Origin: an uncultured Acidobacteriota bacterium
Lineage (GTDB): Bacteria > Acidobacteriota > UBA6911
Direction: 5' to 3'
Assembly: GCA_963809485.1 (NCBI GenBank)
Contig: CAWEJX010000020.1
Location: 128,001-192,000 of the forward strand
Length of the DNA stretch: 64,000 bases
In this document: positions 49,859 to 60,065 of the stretch, one piece after another
How the letters are laid out: each line of letters starts with the position of its first letter
How positions within the stretch are numbered: the stretch's first letter is position 1
The notes under the pieces: generated by a model
What the model was told of the DNA's origin: nothing
Database searches by the model: none
The model's input: only the letters and a program-made list of their open reading frames with translations
Translations under genes and position numbers: made by a program

Positions 49859-50206
49859 TCAGGAACCTGCAGAAGGATTTTTTGCCGCTTCGATTTCAAC
49901 TTCCCATCCTTTTTGGGTGGGCATGCCGGTGCCGTCGGTTTGACCTCCCATTAGCATGGATGTCGGCGGTCCGTAAGGAACGAAAACAATCCCAGGAGGC
50001 AGATCGCCTTCAGCGCACTGGAACGTTGCCTCTCCCCACTCACTGCAGACGCGGACATGCATTCCGGGGGAAACGCCCAGGGCTGCGAGATCCTGTACGT
50101 TCATCTGCAACGTGCTCACCATGGTCCGGTACTCTTCACTGTCTTTGCCGATATTGACGTATCTGCCCTGATCGGTTGTCCGTCCCGGAATAAACACACA
50201 GCGCAT
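49859..50206 (-). CDS. fwdD: Formylmethanofuran dehydrogenase subunit D (molybdopterin dinucleotide-binding)
   Basis: PGRTTDQG, MNVQDL, GIVFVPYGP, TDGTGMPTQKG. Confidence 0.88.
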   Translation of the reverse strand: MRCVFIPGRTTDQGRYVNIGKDSEEYRTMVSTLQMNVQDLAALGVSPGMHVRVCSEWGEATFQCAEGDLPPGIVFVPYGPPTSMLMGGQTDGTGMPTQKGWEVEIEAAKNPSAGS

Positions 50207-50840
50207 AAATGCCCTATCTCATCGTAAAGTCAAAAAATCCGGTGTCAGCCGGCGTCGATCTTCAGGCCTTTTTACGCCTGCCGCGAAACAAGTTATACCG
50301 GACCTGCCCGCAATGCGCAAGCGTGCTGCCGCCGGCTGGGCAGGGGCAGCTCTTGGGCTACTCTCGATAAGCGTTCCTGGACGAGCCTGGGCGGAAGATC
50401 GGGGCCCAGGAGATCCTGGCCGCTTTTTCCCGGCTGGACCGCTTGCATTCATGTCTCGCAGAGCAGATCCTGTTGGAGCAAGCAGGCCCAGCCGCGACCG
50501 AGGATAAGCGGATTGATGGCAGGATACAGAAGGCTGCCAAACCCTGGAAAAGCAAGTCGCTCGTGAGTCCTCCGGTAAAACCGGAGCGTTGCCGACAAAC
50601 CAAACACAGAACCAGGAACGACGTGCGCATTTGAAGACAACGGCAATTTGCGGCCCGCCATTTTGCGGCTCGGTGCAAGTCCCATCATTATTTGGATTTG
50701 TTCGAAAATTGAGGATTCTGTTTCGCTTCGCCGATAAGATAGGGGGGTGGCACTGTGTCCGGCGGTATAAAATTCCGGCGAGTCTTGCGTTATTGCGAAA
50801 ACCGACTTAAAGTATCACCCGTTCTCTGACTGACGAAACG

Positions 50841-52610
50841 ATGGCCATTATCCGTTTGGTGCTTCAGACTCCCGTCGCCCAGCCGCCCCCGGTTGAACCG
50901 GCGCAACAGTTACTCGCCTCGGCAAATCTAAGCCGCCCTTACTTTCCGGGCCGGCAGCTCCCTTTTGCGATACTGCTTCAAATCGTTGTTCTTCTCACGG
51001 TTATCCTGACCTCCATATTGGGCTACCCGATTGGGGAACCCCGCATTCCCGAATACCTCACAAAAATTGAGCGCAAGATGCCGAAGGTCGTTATTTATCT
51101 TCCGCTGGTCGGCGGCGGGAATTCGGGCATGTTCTTTCCGTTCGCGAAGCCTCCGGAACCGGAGAAAAGGTCGTCCGCCATACGCACCCCGAGAAGAAAG
51201 GGCCTTTCCTACCCCGGACCGCAGCCGATAGTCTCTGATGTTCCAAATCCGACCAATCCCATACAGACTATTCTTCAGCCGGAACTCGAAAAGCCGCCCT
51301 CCCTTCAACCATTGCTGCCGCTCCCTAATATTGTTCAGATGGCAGACAACCGTGCCGACAAGCATCTCAAATTCCCGGAACCGGCCATAAGGCCGCCGGA
51401 GCCGGTAAAGCCCGTCGAACCGAAGCTGCCGGAGCCGCCCAGTGAACAGCCGGATGTGAAAGCTTACGTGCCGACCCTGCCGCTTTTGAACGTGGACAAG
51501 GTGAAGATCGAGCAGCCAAAGCTGGTACTGCCCGAGTTGCAGCCGCCTCCCCCGGAACCTGAACCTCCACCCAAGCAGGAGGCAAAGGTTGCGGAAAATG
51601 CCCCTGCAGCGATCGAGAGTGCCAAAACCGAAGCGGCCTCCCAAGAAGACGAGGCAAAAGAGCCCCCACCTCCGGCTGCCGCCAAAGCTGCAGAAGAGCA
51701 CAGTCTGCTCGCGCTATCCCCTATGCCGGCGGACCAGCCGGCCAAAGTCCCTTACGGCGAGGCCCGAGGGCGCTTTGCCATTTCTCCGGAACCGAATCTC
51801 GCCACTTCGGAAACGGAACCGGGATCCAGGACCGGATCTACGAACCCGATTGAGGAAAAGGACAGTCAAAAGACAATACTCGGCAGCGAAGGAGCCAAGA
51901 CGGAAACAGCTGCGCAGGGCAATCCCGGTCCTGTCAAGGAATCGAAGCCGGGATCCCAGCCGGGAACGGGATCTGGAACGGGTTCCGGGCCAGGCTCCGG
52001 TGCGGGTTCCGGACCCGGCAAGGGGCCTTTCTCGGGAATCACGATCGTGGGCGGAATGCCTGACCCGGGAACTCCTGTAAAGCCATCGGTCGTAAAGCGG
52101 GCTCGAAGGCCTCTGCAAACATCCTATGGACTGACGATTGTTTCGACGGAAACCAGCGGAGGCGGCCTGCCTTACTTCGATGTTTTCTCACACGACCAGG
52201 TCTATACCGTTTATCTCGATATGCGGCGGACCGAACTCGAAATGACCCCCAAATGGATTCTCGAGTTCGCCGTGCTTTCGGGATCAGCCTATCAGGTGAA
52301 CCCGGCCAAGGTCCCAGGCCGGAGCCAGCAAGGGCTTGTGCTGCCGTTCCCTACCTTTAAAGATCAGCCTGCGCTGCCCGTCGATCTGATACGAAAGTAT
52401 TCGGGCAAAATGGTTATCGTTTACGGCGTCGTCAACACCCAGGGAAAAATGGAGCAGATAGCGGTAAAGCAGAGCCCGGACCCGCTTTTCAACGAGCCGG
52501 TCACAAGCGTGCTAAGCAAATGGACCTTCCGCCCGGCCCGCCTCAACGGCCAGATTGTTCCGGTAAAACTGCTGATGGGAATTCCCCTGTGGTCGCCTGA
52601 AAATCCCTAA
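50841..52610 (+). CDS. Proline-rich membrane-anchored protein with TonB C-terminal-like domain
   Basis: N-terminal TM, long Pro/Glu-rich and Gly/Ser linker, C-terminal WTFRPARLNGQIVPV. Confidence 0.75.
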   Translation: MAIIRLVLQTPVAQPPPVEPAQQLLASANLSRPYFPGRQLPFAILLQIVVLLTVILTSILGYPIGEPRIPEYLTKIERKMPKVVIYLPLVGGGNSGMFFPFAKPPEPEKRSSAIRTPRRKGLSYPGPQPIVSDVPNPTNPIQTILQPELEKPPSLQPLLPLPNIVQMADNRADKHLKFPEPAIRPPEPVKPVEPKLPEPPSEQPDVKAYVPTLPLLNVDKVKIEQPKLVLPELQPPPPEPEPPPKQEAKVAENAPAAIESAKTEAASQEDEAKEPPPPAAAKAAEEHSLLALSPMPADQPAKVPYGEARGRFAISPEPNLATSETEPGSRTGSTNPIEEKDSQKTILGSEGAKTETAAQGNPGPVKESKPGSQPGTGSGTGSGPGSGAGSGPGKGPFSGITIVGGMPDPGTPVKPSVVKRARRPLQTSYGLTIVSTETSGGGLPYFDVFSHDQVYTVYLDMRRTELEMTPKWILEFAVLSGSAYQVNPAKVPGRSQQGLVLPFPTFKDQPALPVDLIRKYSGKMVIVYGVVNTQGKMEQIAVKQSPDPLFNEPVTSVLSKWTFRPARLNGQIVPVKLLMGIPLWSPENP

Positions 52611-52868
52611 TCTCCGCCAGGGCGTCAGCCTGGTTACAAACCGTCCGGAGCCGTGGGCAAGATCATCGATCTTGCCCGCGGGATTTTGCGCGCCGACGCA
52701 GACATTAGCAAATATGCATCCGCGTTCGTCAGGGCCCTTCTCAGCGATCGTCCTCGTTTTCCGACTCTGAGGCTGCCATCTCATGCATTCTCGGATAAAG
52801 CTGCGGATTTGTGCTCGGGATGAAGTATCTGCAGGGGCGGCATGCCGGCTGCGCCGCGGGACTGGCGC

Positions 52869-53786
52869 TTATGGCTTATTTTTCTCCAGAAGATAAAATG
52901 AGCGCATATGGCCATCCTGCTCTGCGATCCAGAAATCGGCGGCCGCATAATTCTTTTTGAAATAGTGCCGGAATACCTGGCGCATCTTCCCCTGCCACTC
53001 GAGAGCAATCCCGAGGTCCCGGGTCCTGATCTCCGGGAGGTTGTACGGAATCTCGAACAGGAACTGGTCCGCGGTACAGCTGAGTTTCACCGGTGACGAG
53101 CTCATGATTCCCGGCGCTGCCTCTACCATGTGATTGATGACCTGGCGCTGCTTCAGCTCTTTGCGGAAATCATGCCGCGGCGGACCCGCTTCCAGCCTGC
53201 TGACGACCGGGCCGGCTTCCAGGTCCCAGTGCGTCAGAATGCGGTCCGTGGGCAGACCGCGGTCCAGGGTGCTCGTGGTTTCGCCGCAGAAGTTTTCTTC
53301 GTAGGCATTTGCCCTGGCGCCCAGCTTCCCCAGTGTGAAATAGGCATTCAGGGGCTGCATCGGGTCAAAAGACGACGTCACCCGAGCTATTTTGCGCTTC
53401 AGAAGCTCCTTCCGCTGGGCCATTTTGAGCTTGAATCCGACATCAAAATTCCTGTAGGCAACACGCACGGCCAGCATGAAAGAATGCTGGATGGGCTTTT
53501 TGTCGGAGGATCCAAGGATGCTCAGGACAAATCCGATCAGCTCCCCGAGGCTGTTGTAGGCACCCAGGACTATGCCGCCGGTGCGGTCTATGGCCAGCAG
53601 CAGGGGAACGGGGACGATGTCGATATCCTGGTAGTGCCACACTTCCCGCTGAATGTCTTCGCAGACTTTGTAGTCCGATAAATTGCGGAATGGACCGATG
53701 GTAATCTTAATTTCATCCTTCCGCTTTTTCCGTCGAACGGCCGGAGTCATCATGGCTTTCCTTTCTTGCATCTGTCGCTTAGTCAT
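52869..53786 (-). CDS. GNAT-family acyltransferase (type often linked to NAAAR/OSBS)
   Basis: GGIVLGAY, HSFMLAV, GFKLKMAQR, FDPMQPLNAYF, GLPTDR. Confidence 0.8.
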   Translation of the reverse strand: MTKRQMQERKAMMTPAVRRKKRKDEIKITIGPFRNLSDYKVCEDIQREVWHYQDIDIVPVPLLLAIDRTGGIVLGAYNSLGELIGFVLSILGSSDKKPIQHSFMLAVRVAYRNFDVGFKLKMAQRKELLKRKIARVTSSFDPMQPLNAYFTLGKLGARANAYEENFCGETTSTLDRGLPTDRILTHWDLEAGPVVSRLEAGPPRHDFRKELKQRQVINHMVEAAPGIMSSSPVKLSCTADQFLFEIPYNLPEIRTRDLGIALEWQGKMRQVFRHYFKKNYAAADFWIAEQDGHMRSFYLLEKNKP

Positions 53787-55020
53787 AAATCAGCGCTTTC
53801 CGGCGCTTCTCCAAAAACTTTCCCGTATTCGGTCGGTCGTGCCGGAGCACTTCGGCCGCCGATTGCCCCGCCTTCAGCATCGTCAGCGCCTGTGCGTTGC
53901 CCAGCAGGCCGTCGATACTGTCTATCTCGAATTGGTCCGCGTACATCCTGCGCAAAACCGCGATTAGCGTGAGACCCAGCTCCACAGAGTCCAGCTTTTC
54001 GATGTCGCTGATCAGCAGGCTCACGCCGCCGCATTTCAATCCCCGGTGTTTGCTGGAACCTGGGGTAAAATTTAGCGGTATAAACCGGACTCCGTCAATC
54101 TTTTCCGCTTGAAGCTCCGCCGCGAACCTTTGCGGATCGATCCATGGCGCTCCCACGATTTCGAAAGGCCGGTCCGTGCCGCGCCCCACTGATAGATTCG
54201 AGCCCTCGAGCAGACAAACGCCGGGATAAAGGACCGCCGCCGTCATGCTGCGCATGTTCGGGGAAGGATCAATCCAGAGCTGGCCCGTATCCCAAAAGCA
54301 GTAGGAGCGGCGCCAGCCTTTCATGGCGATGACCTGCAGCCTGGCGCCGATTTTGTTTTCCGTGTTGAAATAGCGCGCAAGCTCTCCGATGGTCATTCCG
54401 TGGCGCACGGGCAGAGGCATGTATCCGACAAAGGATGCCTTATCGGCGTCCAGCATCGGCCCTTCGACCCGTTGTCCGCCGAGCGGATTCGGGCGATCCA
54501 GAACATAAAACGGAATGCCGGCTTTTGCCGCTTCTTCCATGCAGTAGGCCATCGTGGTGGTATAGGTGTAAAAGCGCGCGCCGATATCCTGGATATCGAA
54601 AACCAAAGCATCGATATCACGAAGCATCCCGGCCGTCGGCCGTCTGGTGTCGCCGTACAGGCTGTAAACGGGAAGTCCGGTGACCTCGTCCACCGAGGCG
54701 CCGACTTTGCCGTCCATATTCCCGCGGATCCCGTGCTCGGGGCTGAAGAGAGCTGCAAGCCTGCATTTTTTTGAGCGGGACAGGAGATCGACGGTCGTTG
54801 TGCCGTCGGCGGATACTCCGGTATGGTTTGTAACAAGGCCGATACGCTTGCCGGCAAGAGGCTCGAAATCCTGAGCCCGCAGAACATCGATCCCATTGAG
54901 GACCGGAGGAGCCGCGTCCACACCCGACAATGGCGCAGCATTCTGAAACGCCAGGACCGCTGCCAGAAGGATCCAGCCGGCCCTGCAATTATTATGCGAT
55001 TGAACCGGAAATCTATTCAT
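53779..55020 (-). CDS. namZ: Exo-beta-N-acetylmuramidase NamZ (DUF1343)
   Basis: GLVTNHTG, FSPEHG, YSLYG, FDIQDIGARFYTY, DRPNP, RHGMTIGEL, SVGRGT; signal peptide. Confidence 0.9.
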   Translation of the reverse strand: MNRFPVQSHNNCRAGWILLAAVLAFQNAAPLSGVDAAPPVLNGIDVLRAQDFEPLAGKRIGLVTNHTGVSADGTTTVDLLSRSKKCRLAALFSPEHGIRGNMDGKVGASVDEVTGLPVYSLYGDTRRPTAGMLRDIDALVFDIQDIGARFYTYTTTMAYCMEEAAKAGIPFYVLDRPNPLGGQRVEGPMLDADKASFVGYMPLPVRHGMTIGELARYFNTENKIGARLQVIAMKGWRRSYCFWDTGQLWIDPSPNMRSMTAAVLYPGVCLLEGSNLSVGRGTDRPFEIVGAPWIDPQRFAAELQAEKIDGVRFIPLNFTPGSSKHRGLKCGGVSLLISDIEKLDSVELGLTLIAVLRRMYADQFEIDSIDGLLGNAQALTMLKAGQSAAEVLRHDRPNTGKFLEKRRKALIYD

Positions 55021-55152
55021 ATGCGTTCAGTTCCTGGAACTGGCGGAGATTATACAGCAATTCCAGGGAATGATAGGAGCCCGGCGAGAAGCCGCTTTGA
55101 GATTCGCATTCTCCGGCTATGGACGCGGCCGGGGAGCCATTGGCGGCGGAAA

Positions 55153-56940
55153 TCACTCCAGCACCGATTTCCATCCGCGCCTGTTGAGATCCCAGTAGAT
55201 TATCCAGCCGGCAAGAAGCCCGAGGATAAGAAATCCGAAACCGGCCATCATTTGTCCGAAAATCAGTTTGCCCACTCCGAAGAGCGTCATGTACACAAGC
55301 ACGCATCCGCAAAACCAGTCCAGAAGATTGCCGCCCGTGTCGCGGGGCGGGGATATGTCCGTCGCCCTGCGCGCAATCGGCCCCCAGAGAGAGGCGCCGG
55401 GGCGCACGCGGCGGTAGAAGGACAGCAGCACATCCTCCCTTTCGGGAGAGGTTAAAAAAGTGGCTGCCAGCCAGGCCACTGTGGAGCAAAAAACGGTGAT
55501 CAGGACAATCCACGCAAATTGCAAAGGATCGTCGCTGCTCATATTAAAATAAACCTGCAGAATCATGGAAACCAGCAGCGAGGCCAGCATGGCGAACACT
55601 TCGCTCCAGGCATTGATGCGCCACCAGAACCAGCGAAGGATCAGGACACTGCCCGTCCCCGCGCCAATGGCAAGCAGAAGCTTCCAGGCATCCGCAATCG
55701 ACTCCTGATAATAGGTGACTCCGCAGGACGTCAGCATAATCAGGACCGTAGCCAGTTGCGAGACCACCACGTAGTGCTTCTCCCTGCGTCCGCGGACCAG
55801 GAAACGCCGGTAAAAGTCGTTGACCAGGTAAGAAGCGCCCCAGTTCAGCTGGGTGCCTATCGTGGACATGTACGCGGCCGCAAAAGCCGCGATCATTAGC
55901 CCGCGCAGCGCGGAAGGAAACACCTGGGGATCGATGATCACTTTGATAAAGCCCGCTTCCTTGTCGGCCAGCGAGGGATACAGGACCAGAGAGCAAAGCG
56001 CCGTAAGGATCCACGGCCACGGTCGAACCGCGTAGTGCGCGATATTGAACCAGAGTGTCGCCAGCAGCGAGTGCTTCTCATCTTTGGCACACAGGATGCG
56101 TTGCGCGATATATCCGCCCCCGCCGGGCTCTGCGCCGGGATACCACGTTGCCCACCAGTTGACCGCGAGGTAGACAAAAAACGTGATCATGGGCATCCAA
56201 ACCGAACCAATATCGGGGACAAACGAGAGGATGGAGCCGTGGCCGCCGCTGGCAGCAGCCTTGGCGGAGTCCAGATCGAGGAGCCTGCGCTTCAGCTCCC
56301 CCATGCCGCCGACCGCCTGCACCGCGAAGCAGGCCAGCACAATCATCATGCCCATTTTGAGCACAAACTGGAAAAGATCGGTTACCAGCACACCCCAGAG
56401 GCCCGACAGCGTCGAAACCAGGGCCGTCAGCAGCATGATGGCGAAAACAATAAGCAGCGCCTGGATTTTGGTGATTCCAAAAATCAGCATGAGAATTTTC
56501 ACCATGGCCAGGTTCACCCATCCCATGATGATGCAGTTGATGGGCAACCCGAGGTAAAGTGCGCGGAAACCGCGCAGAAACGCGGCCGGCTTGCCGCCGT
56601 AACGTATTTCGGCGAACTCCACATCCGTCAAAACGCCCGCGCGGCGCCACAGGCGGGCGTAGAAAAACACCGTCAGCATGCCGCTCATAAGCATGTTCCA
56701 CCAGAGCCAGTTGCCCGCGATGCCGTAGCTGGCCACCAGTCCCGTGACGGCGAGCGGCGTATCGGCGGCAAATGTCGTTGCGACCATGGAAGTGCCGGCC
56801 AGCCACCAGGTCACTTTGCGCCCGCCGACGAAATAGGCTTCGGTGGAGGCCGTGGCCCGTTTCCTGTAATAAAGCCCGATGAGTATGTTGAAAAGGAAGT
56901 ACGCAGCGACGGCCAGCCAGTCGACAAAAGTTAGTTGCAT
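55153..56940 (-). CDS. Sodium:solute symporter family protein
   Basis: GTSMVATTFAADTPL, GNWLWW, AAYMSTI; ~14 TM; RBS GGAGG. Confidence 0.92.
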   Translation of the reverse strand: MQLTFVDWLAVAAYFLFNILIGLYYRKRATASTEAYFVGGRKVTWWLAGTSMVATTFAADTPLAVTGLVASYGIAGNWLWWNMLMSGMLTVFFYARLWRRAGVLTDVEFAEIRYGGKPAAFLRGFRALYLGLPINCIIMGWVNLAMVKILMLIFGITKIQALLIVFAIMLLTALVSTLSGLWGVLVTDLFQFVLKMGMMIVLACFAVQAVGGMGELKRRLLDLDSAKAAASGGHGSILSFVPDIGSVWMPMITFFVYLAVNWWATWYPGAEPGGGGYIAQRILCAKDEKHSLLATLWFNIAHYAVRPWPWILTALCSLVLYPSLADKEAGFIKVIIDPQVFPSALRGLMIAAFAAAYMSTIGTQLNWGASYLVNDFYRRFLVRGRREKHYVVVSQLATVLIMLTSCGVTYYQESIADAWKLLLAIGAGTGSVLILRWFWWRINAWSEVFAMLASLLVSMILQVYFNMSSDDPLQFAWIVLITVFCSTVAWLAATFLTSPEREDVLLSFYRRVRPGASLWGPIARRATDISPPRDTGGNLLDWFCGCVLVYMTLFGVGKLIFGQMMAGFGFLILGLLAGWIIYWDLNRRGWKSVLE

Positions 56941-57069
56941 CACGACCTCCACAAAAGCCGCGGACCGGCGGGAACGGACCCGATCACGATCCGTCAATAC
57001 TCAGCCGTCCGTCGCAAATCGTCAATCGCTAATTGCCGCGTGCTATAATTTTCCAAACGGAGCAAGTCT

Positions 57070-58047
57070 ATGAACCCCAAAAAGCTTCGAAGCCGCTGTA
57101 TAGGCACAATCGCGGGATTTGCGATCGGCGACTCTCTGGGCATGCCCGCGGAGTTTTTAAGCCGGGAGCAGATACGGCAGTACTACGGCAAACCGATTTC
57201 GGGATTCATGAAAGCTCATCCCGGCCATGCGAGTGATTTCCTCCCTCAAGGCTCCTATACGGATAACACTCAAACGATGCTTGCGACGGCGGAGTGCCTG
57301 ATCGAGGACGGCCGGATGGATCCGGCGCGGCATGCGGACGCCCTGCTTGCATGGTACCGGAATACGGTTCCCCACCGGACGCCCTCAGCCGCGAATCTGC
57401 AGGCCTGCAAGCACTTGTCAGCCGGACGGCCGTGGAACAAAAGCGGCGTATTCAGCAGTTGCTGCGGCGCTGCTGTCCGCATGCCGCCCATCGGCCTGTT
57501 TTATCACAGCCAGACCGAGGAGCTCACGCGAGCGGCGCTGGACAACTGCATCATTACTCACAATGAGCCGCGGGCGCGCGCGGCGGCGGTATGCGTCGCC
57601 TACCTGACAGCCAGGCTGCTTCAATCCGGCGAAAACTCCTGGCCGGGAGATCAAGTCCTGGAGACAGCCGATCACATCGCTTCCATGGACAAGGACCTGG
57701 CTGCCCTGCTGCGCTGGACGACGCAGATGGTCCATCTGCCCCCCGAGGAGGCTTTGTTCGAAATCGGGACCAGTTCGGATGCCATGGAGGCGGTGCCCGC
57801 CGCCATATATTGCTTTTTAAAAAATCCCACGAAGTTTTCCAGCGCAGTGCTCACCGCGGTGAATGCCGGTGAGGCCGCGGATGCCATCGGCGCTCTAACC
57901 GGAAGCTTCATCGGAGCCCTGGCCGGGGCGGAAGCCCTGGATCCGCGATGGCTTGCCGAAGTAGAAAATTCCGATGTGCTGATCGGGATTGGAGGGAACC
58001 TGGCCGAGTTGCTCTGCCGGAAGCATGCGAACGCAGCGTCAGACTGA
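57070..58047 (+). CDS. ADP-ribosylglycohydrolase family protein (atypical active site)
   Basis: GFAIGDSLGMPAE, GSYTDNTQ, GAAVR..P, ITH, VNAGEAADAIGA. Confidence 0.85.
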   Translation: MNPKKLRSRCIGTIAGFAIGDSLGMPAEFLSREQIRQYYGKPISGFMKAHPGHASDFLPQGSYTDNTQTMLATAECLIEDGRMDPARHADALLAWYRNTVPHRTPSAANLQACKHLSAGRPWNKSGVFSSCCGAAVRMPPIGLFYHSQTEELTRAALDNCIITHNEPRARAAAVCVAYLTARLLQSGENSWPGDQVLETADHIASMDKDLAALLRWTTQMVHLPPEEALFEIGTSSDAMEAVPAAIYCFLKNPTKFSSAVLTAVNAGEAADAIGALTGSFIGALAGAEALDPRWLAEVENSDVLIGIGGNLAELLCRKHANAASD

Positions 58048-58052
58048 CGGGA

Positions 58053-58670
58053 TCACGTGTTTTTGACAACGATCGATTCCAGGACGTTCGCCACGTCCTC
58101 AGCTTTATCGGTCGCGGCTTCCAGAGTTTCGATGATCTCCTTGCGCTTGATAACGTCTATAGGATCTTTGACCTCCTCGAAGAGAGCCGCAATCGCCGAC
58201 TGAAAGAGACGGTCCGCGTCATTTTCAAGCCTGTTGATTTCGATGCAACGCTCGACGACATGATCATTATCCTGGAGATTGGATACTGCCGCGCCAATCT
58301 CCATAGCCTGGCTCAGAAGGACGGCGGCCATCTCCGGCACAGCCCGGATAGGCTCAGTGATGCGGAACAGGACTATGCGGATCGCCGTACTGTCAATCAG
58401 GTCCAAAACGTCATCCAGGGCAGCGCACAGATCGTGAATGTCTTCGCGGTCGATGGGGGTGATAAAGGTTTTGTTCAGCTCGTCGATGACATTGTGAGTC
58501 AGTTCGTCGCCCTTGTGCTCGAGGTCTTTGATCCTGGCGGCAAGGGGAGCCAGGTCGTCAGCCGGATTTCTAAGCATTTTGCCCAAAATCTCGGCAGCTT
58601 CGAGAATATAAACGGTCATTTTCCCGAAAATTTTAAAGAACTTTTCGTCCTTTTTGAAGAGCTTGGCCAT
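58053..58670 (-). CDS. DUF47 / PhoU-like phosphate transport regulator
   Basis: EHKGD, TFITPIDREDI, ENDAD, LEAATDKAEDVAN. Confidence 0.92.
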   Translation of the reverse strand: MAKLFKKDEKFFKIFGKMTVYILEAAEILGKMLRNPADDLAPLAARIKDLEHKGDELTHNVIDELNKTFITPIDREDIHDLCAALDDVLDLIDSTAIRIVLFRITEPIRAVPEMAAVLLSQAMEIGAAVSNLQDNDHVVERCIEINRLENDADRLFQSAIAALFEEVKDPIDVIKRKEIIETLEAATDKAEDVANVLESIVVKNT

Positions 58671-58993
58671 TTTTCCTGTCCTAGCATCCAACCGGGCTGA
58701 AAATAATCGTTTATTCAGCTTCAGGGTGAGCCCGTTCTATGCCCCTTCGAATAAAAACGAGTCATTATATAAATTGGCAAAACCCGATTCAAGCTATTGC
58801 AGACCCGCCCTATTCTTTATAGGCACAAGGCGGCACGAGATTTTCACAGATTATGTGGAAAAATGCGGAAACCCGGAGTTATCAACAGGTATAATTAGTT
58901 GATTCAAATATGCTTGTTACCACTTTGCATAAACAATGTGCAGCGAGCTTTTTGTAACGGACACACGGGTGAAATGTGTGACCCAGGTCACAA

Positions 58994-59191
58994 TAATTAC
59001 ATTGGTAAATCCCCGGCTCTGCCGGGAGACTCAAAGAGTTTGACAGCTCCGTATTTTGAAACGCTGATAAAAGCGCTGACAAACGCCGATTTGTTCGGCG
59101 AGGGTCAGCGTTCAAGACCGGCGTAACTCCTCCAACCGCTTTGAGCGGTTCCAATCTTTCAAGCCTCCGGCTTTGCCGGAGGTACCTGACT
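58994..59191 (+). mobile_element. IS200-end-like MITE, inverted copy with short internal deletions
   Basis: Reverse complement of 3882..4109 (TAATTAC-ATTGGTAAATCCCCGGCTCTGCCGGG ... CCTCCGGCTTTGCCGGAGGTACCTGACT). Confidence 0.82.
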
Positions 59192-59251
59192 GATGCATCC
59201 TGCCGGACAAGTCCTGTTGCATCCCGGCAACAAGCGATCAGACAGCCGGAG

Positions 59252-59449
59252 CTAAACCCTGATCTCCTGGCCGGAGGTTGCGAATGCGCGGGATGTATTG
59301 ACAATAGCTCCCTCTTTATAAAGCCGCGTCTGGAACTGAAAACGGCGGTCTGAATCCCGCTTCGCAGATACGGCACGCGCCAGCAATTCCTTGAGATTCC
59401 GGCTTTCCAGGGTTTTTCCCTTTATGACGACATAGTAGATTTTATTCAT
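59252..59449 (-). CDS. Small basic hypothetical protein downstream of lexA
   Basis: 65 aa; starts 8 nt after the lexA stop; GAGGG RBS. Confidence 0.6.
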   Translation of the reverse strand: MNKIYYVVIKGKTLESRNLKELLARAVSAKRDSDRRFQFQTRLYKEGAIVNTSRAFATSGQEIRV

Positions 59450-59457
59450 GGCACCCT

Positions 59458-60063
59458 CTATTGATATTTTCGCAGAACGCTCACAACCACTCCCTGGATT
59501 TTTACGCGCGCTGTATCCAGCACAATGGGAGCAAGAGTTTCATTCGCAGGCTGAAGCCTGACCTGGTTTCCCTCAGGGTAGAATTTCTTGAGCGTGACGT
59601 TTTCACCATCGATCAGAGCAACCACCATGTCACCGGGATCTGCCGACTCGCGGGACTCGACCACAACATAGTCGCCGTCCTGAATATGCTCGTCGATCAT
59701 GGATTCTCCCTGCACACGGAGCACGTAGGAGTGGCCCCGGCGCGGCAGGAAGCTTTCGGGTATCTGCAGGGTTTCAGGATTTGAAATGGCCTCAATGGGA
59801 CGTCCGGCCGCCACATATCCGAACAACGGAACGCTCTGAACCCCGGCGGCGCTATTCGAAGAAAGCTGGATTGAGCGTGCCCGGTTGGAATCCCGATGCA
59901 GATGCCCGCGGCTCTCCAGAGCCTCAAGGTGTTTGAACACCGCATTCAGAGAGGCAAAGTGAAAATTTTCAGCAATCTCCTCCATGCTCGGAGAATATCC
60001 GTTACGCTCAATGAATCCGGAGATAAAATCCAGAATTTCCTTCTGCCGTTTGGTTAGCTTCAT
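59458..60063 (-). CDS. lexA: SOS repressor LexA
   Basis: LTKRQ, YSPSMEEI, VAAG cleavage site, GESM Ser, TLKK Lys, LQPAN. Confidence 0.96.
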   Translation of the reverse strand: MKLTKRQKEILDFISGFIERNGYSPSMEEIAENFHFASLNAVFKHLEALESRGHLHRDSNRARSIQLSSNSAAGVQSVPLFGYVAAGRPIEAISNPETLQIPESFLPRRGHSYVLRVQGESMIDEHIQDGDYVVVESRESADPGDMVVALIDGENVTLKKFYPEGNQVRLQPANETLAPIVLDTARVKIQGVVVSVLRKYQ

Positions 60064-60065
60064 GG

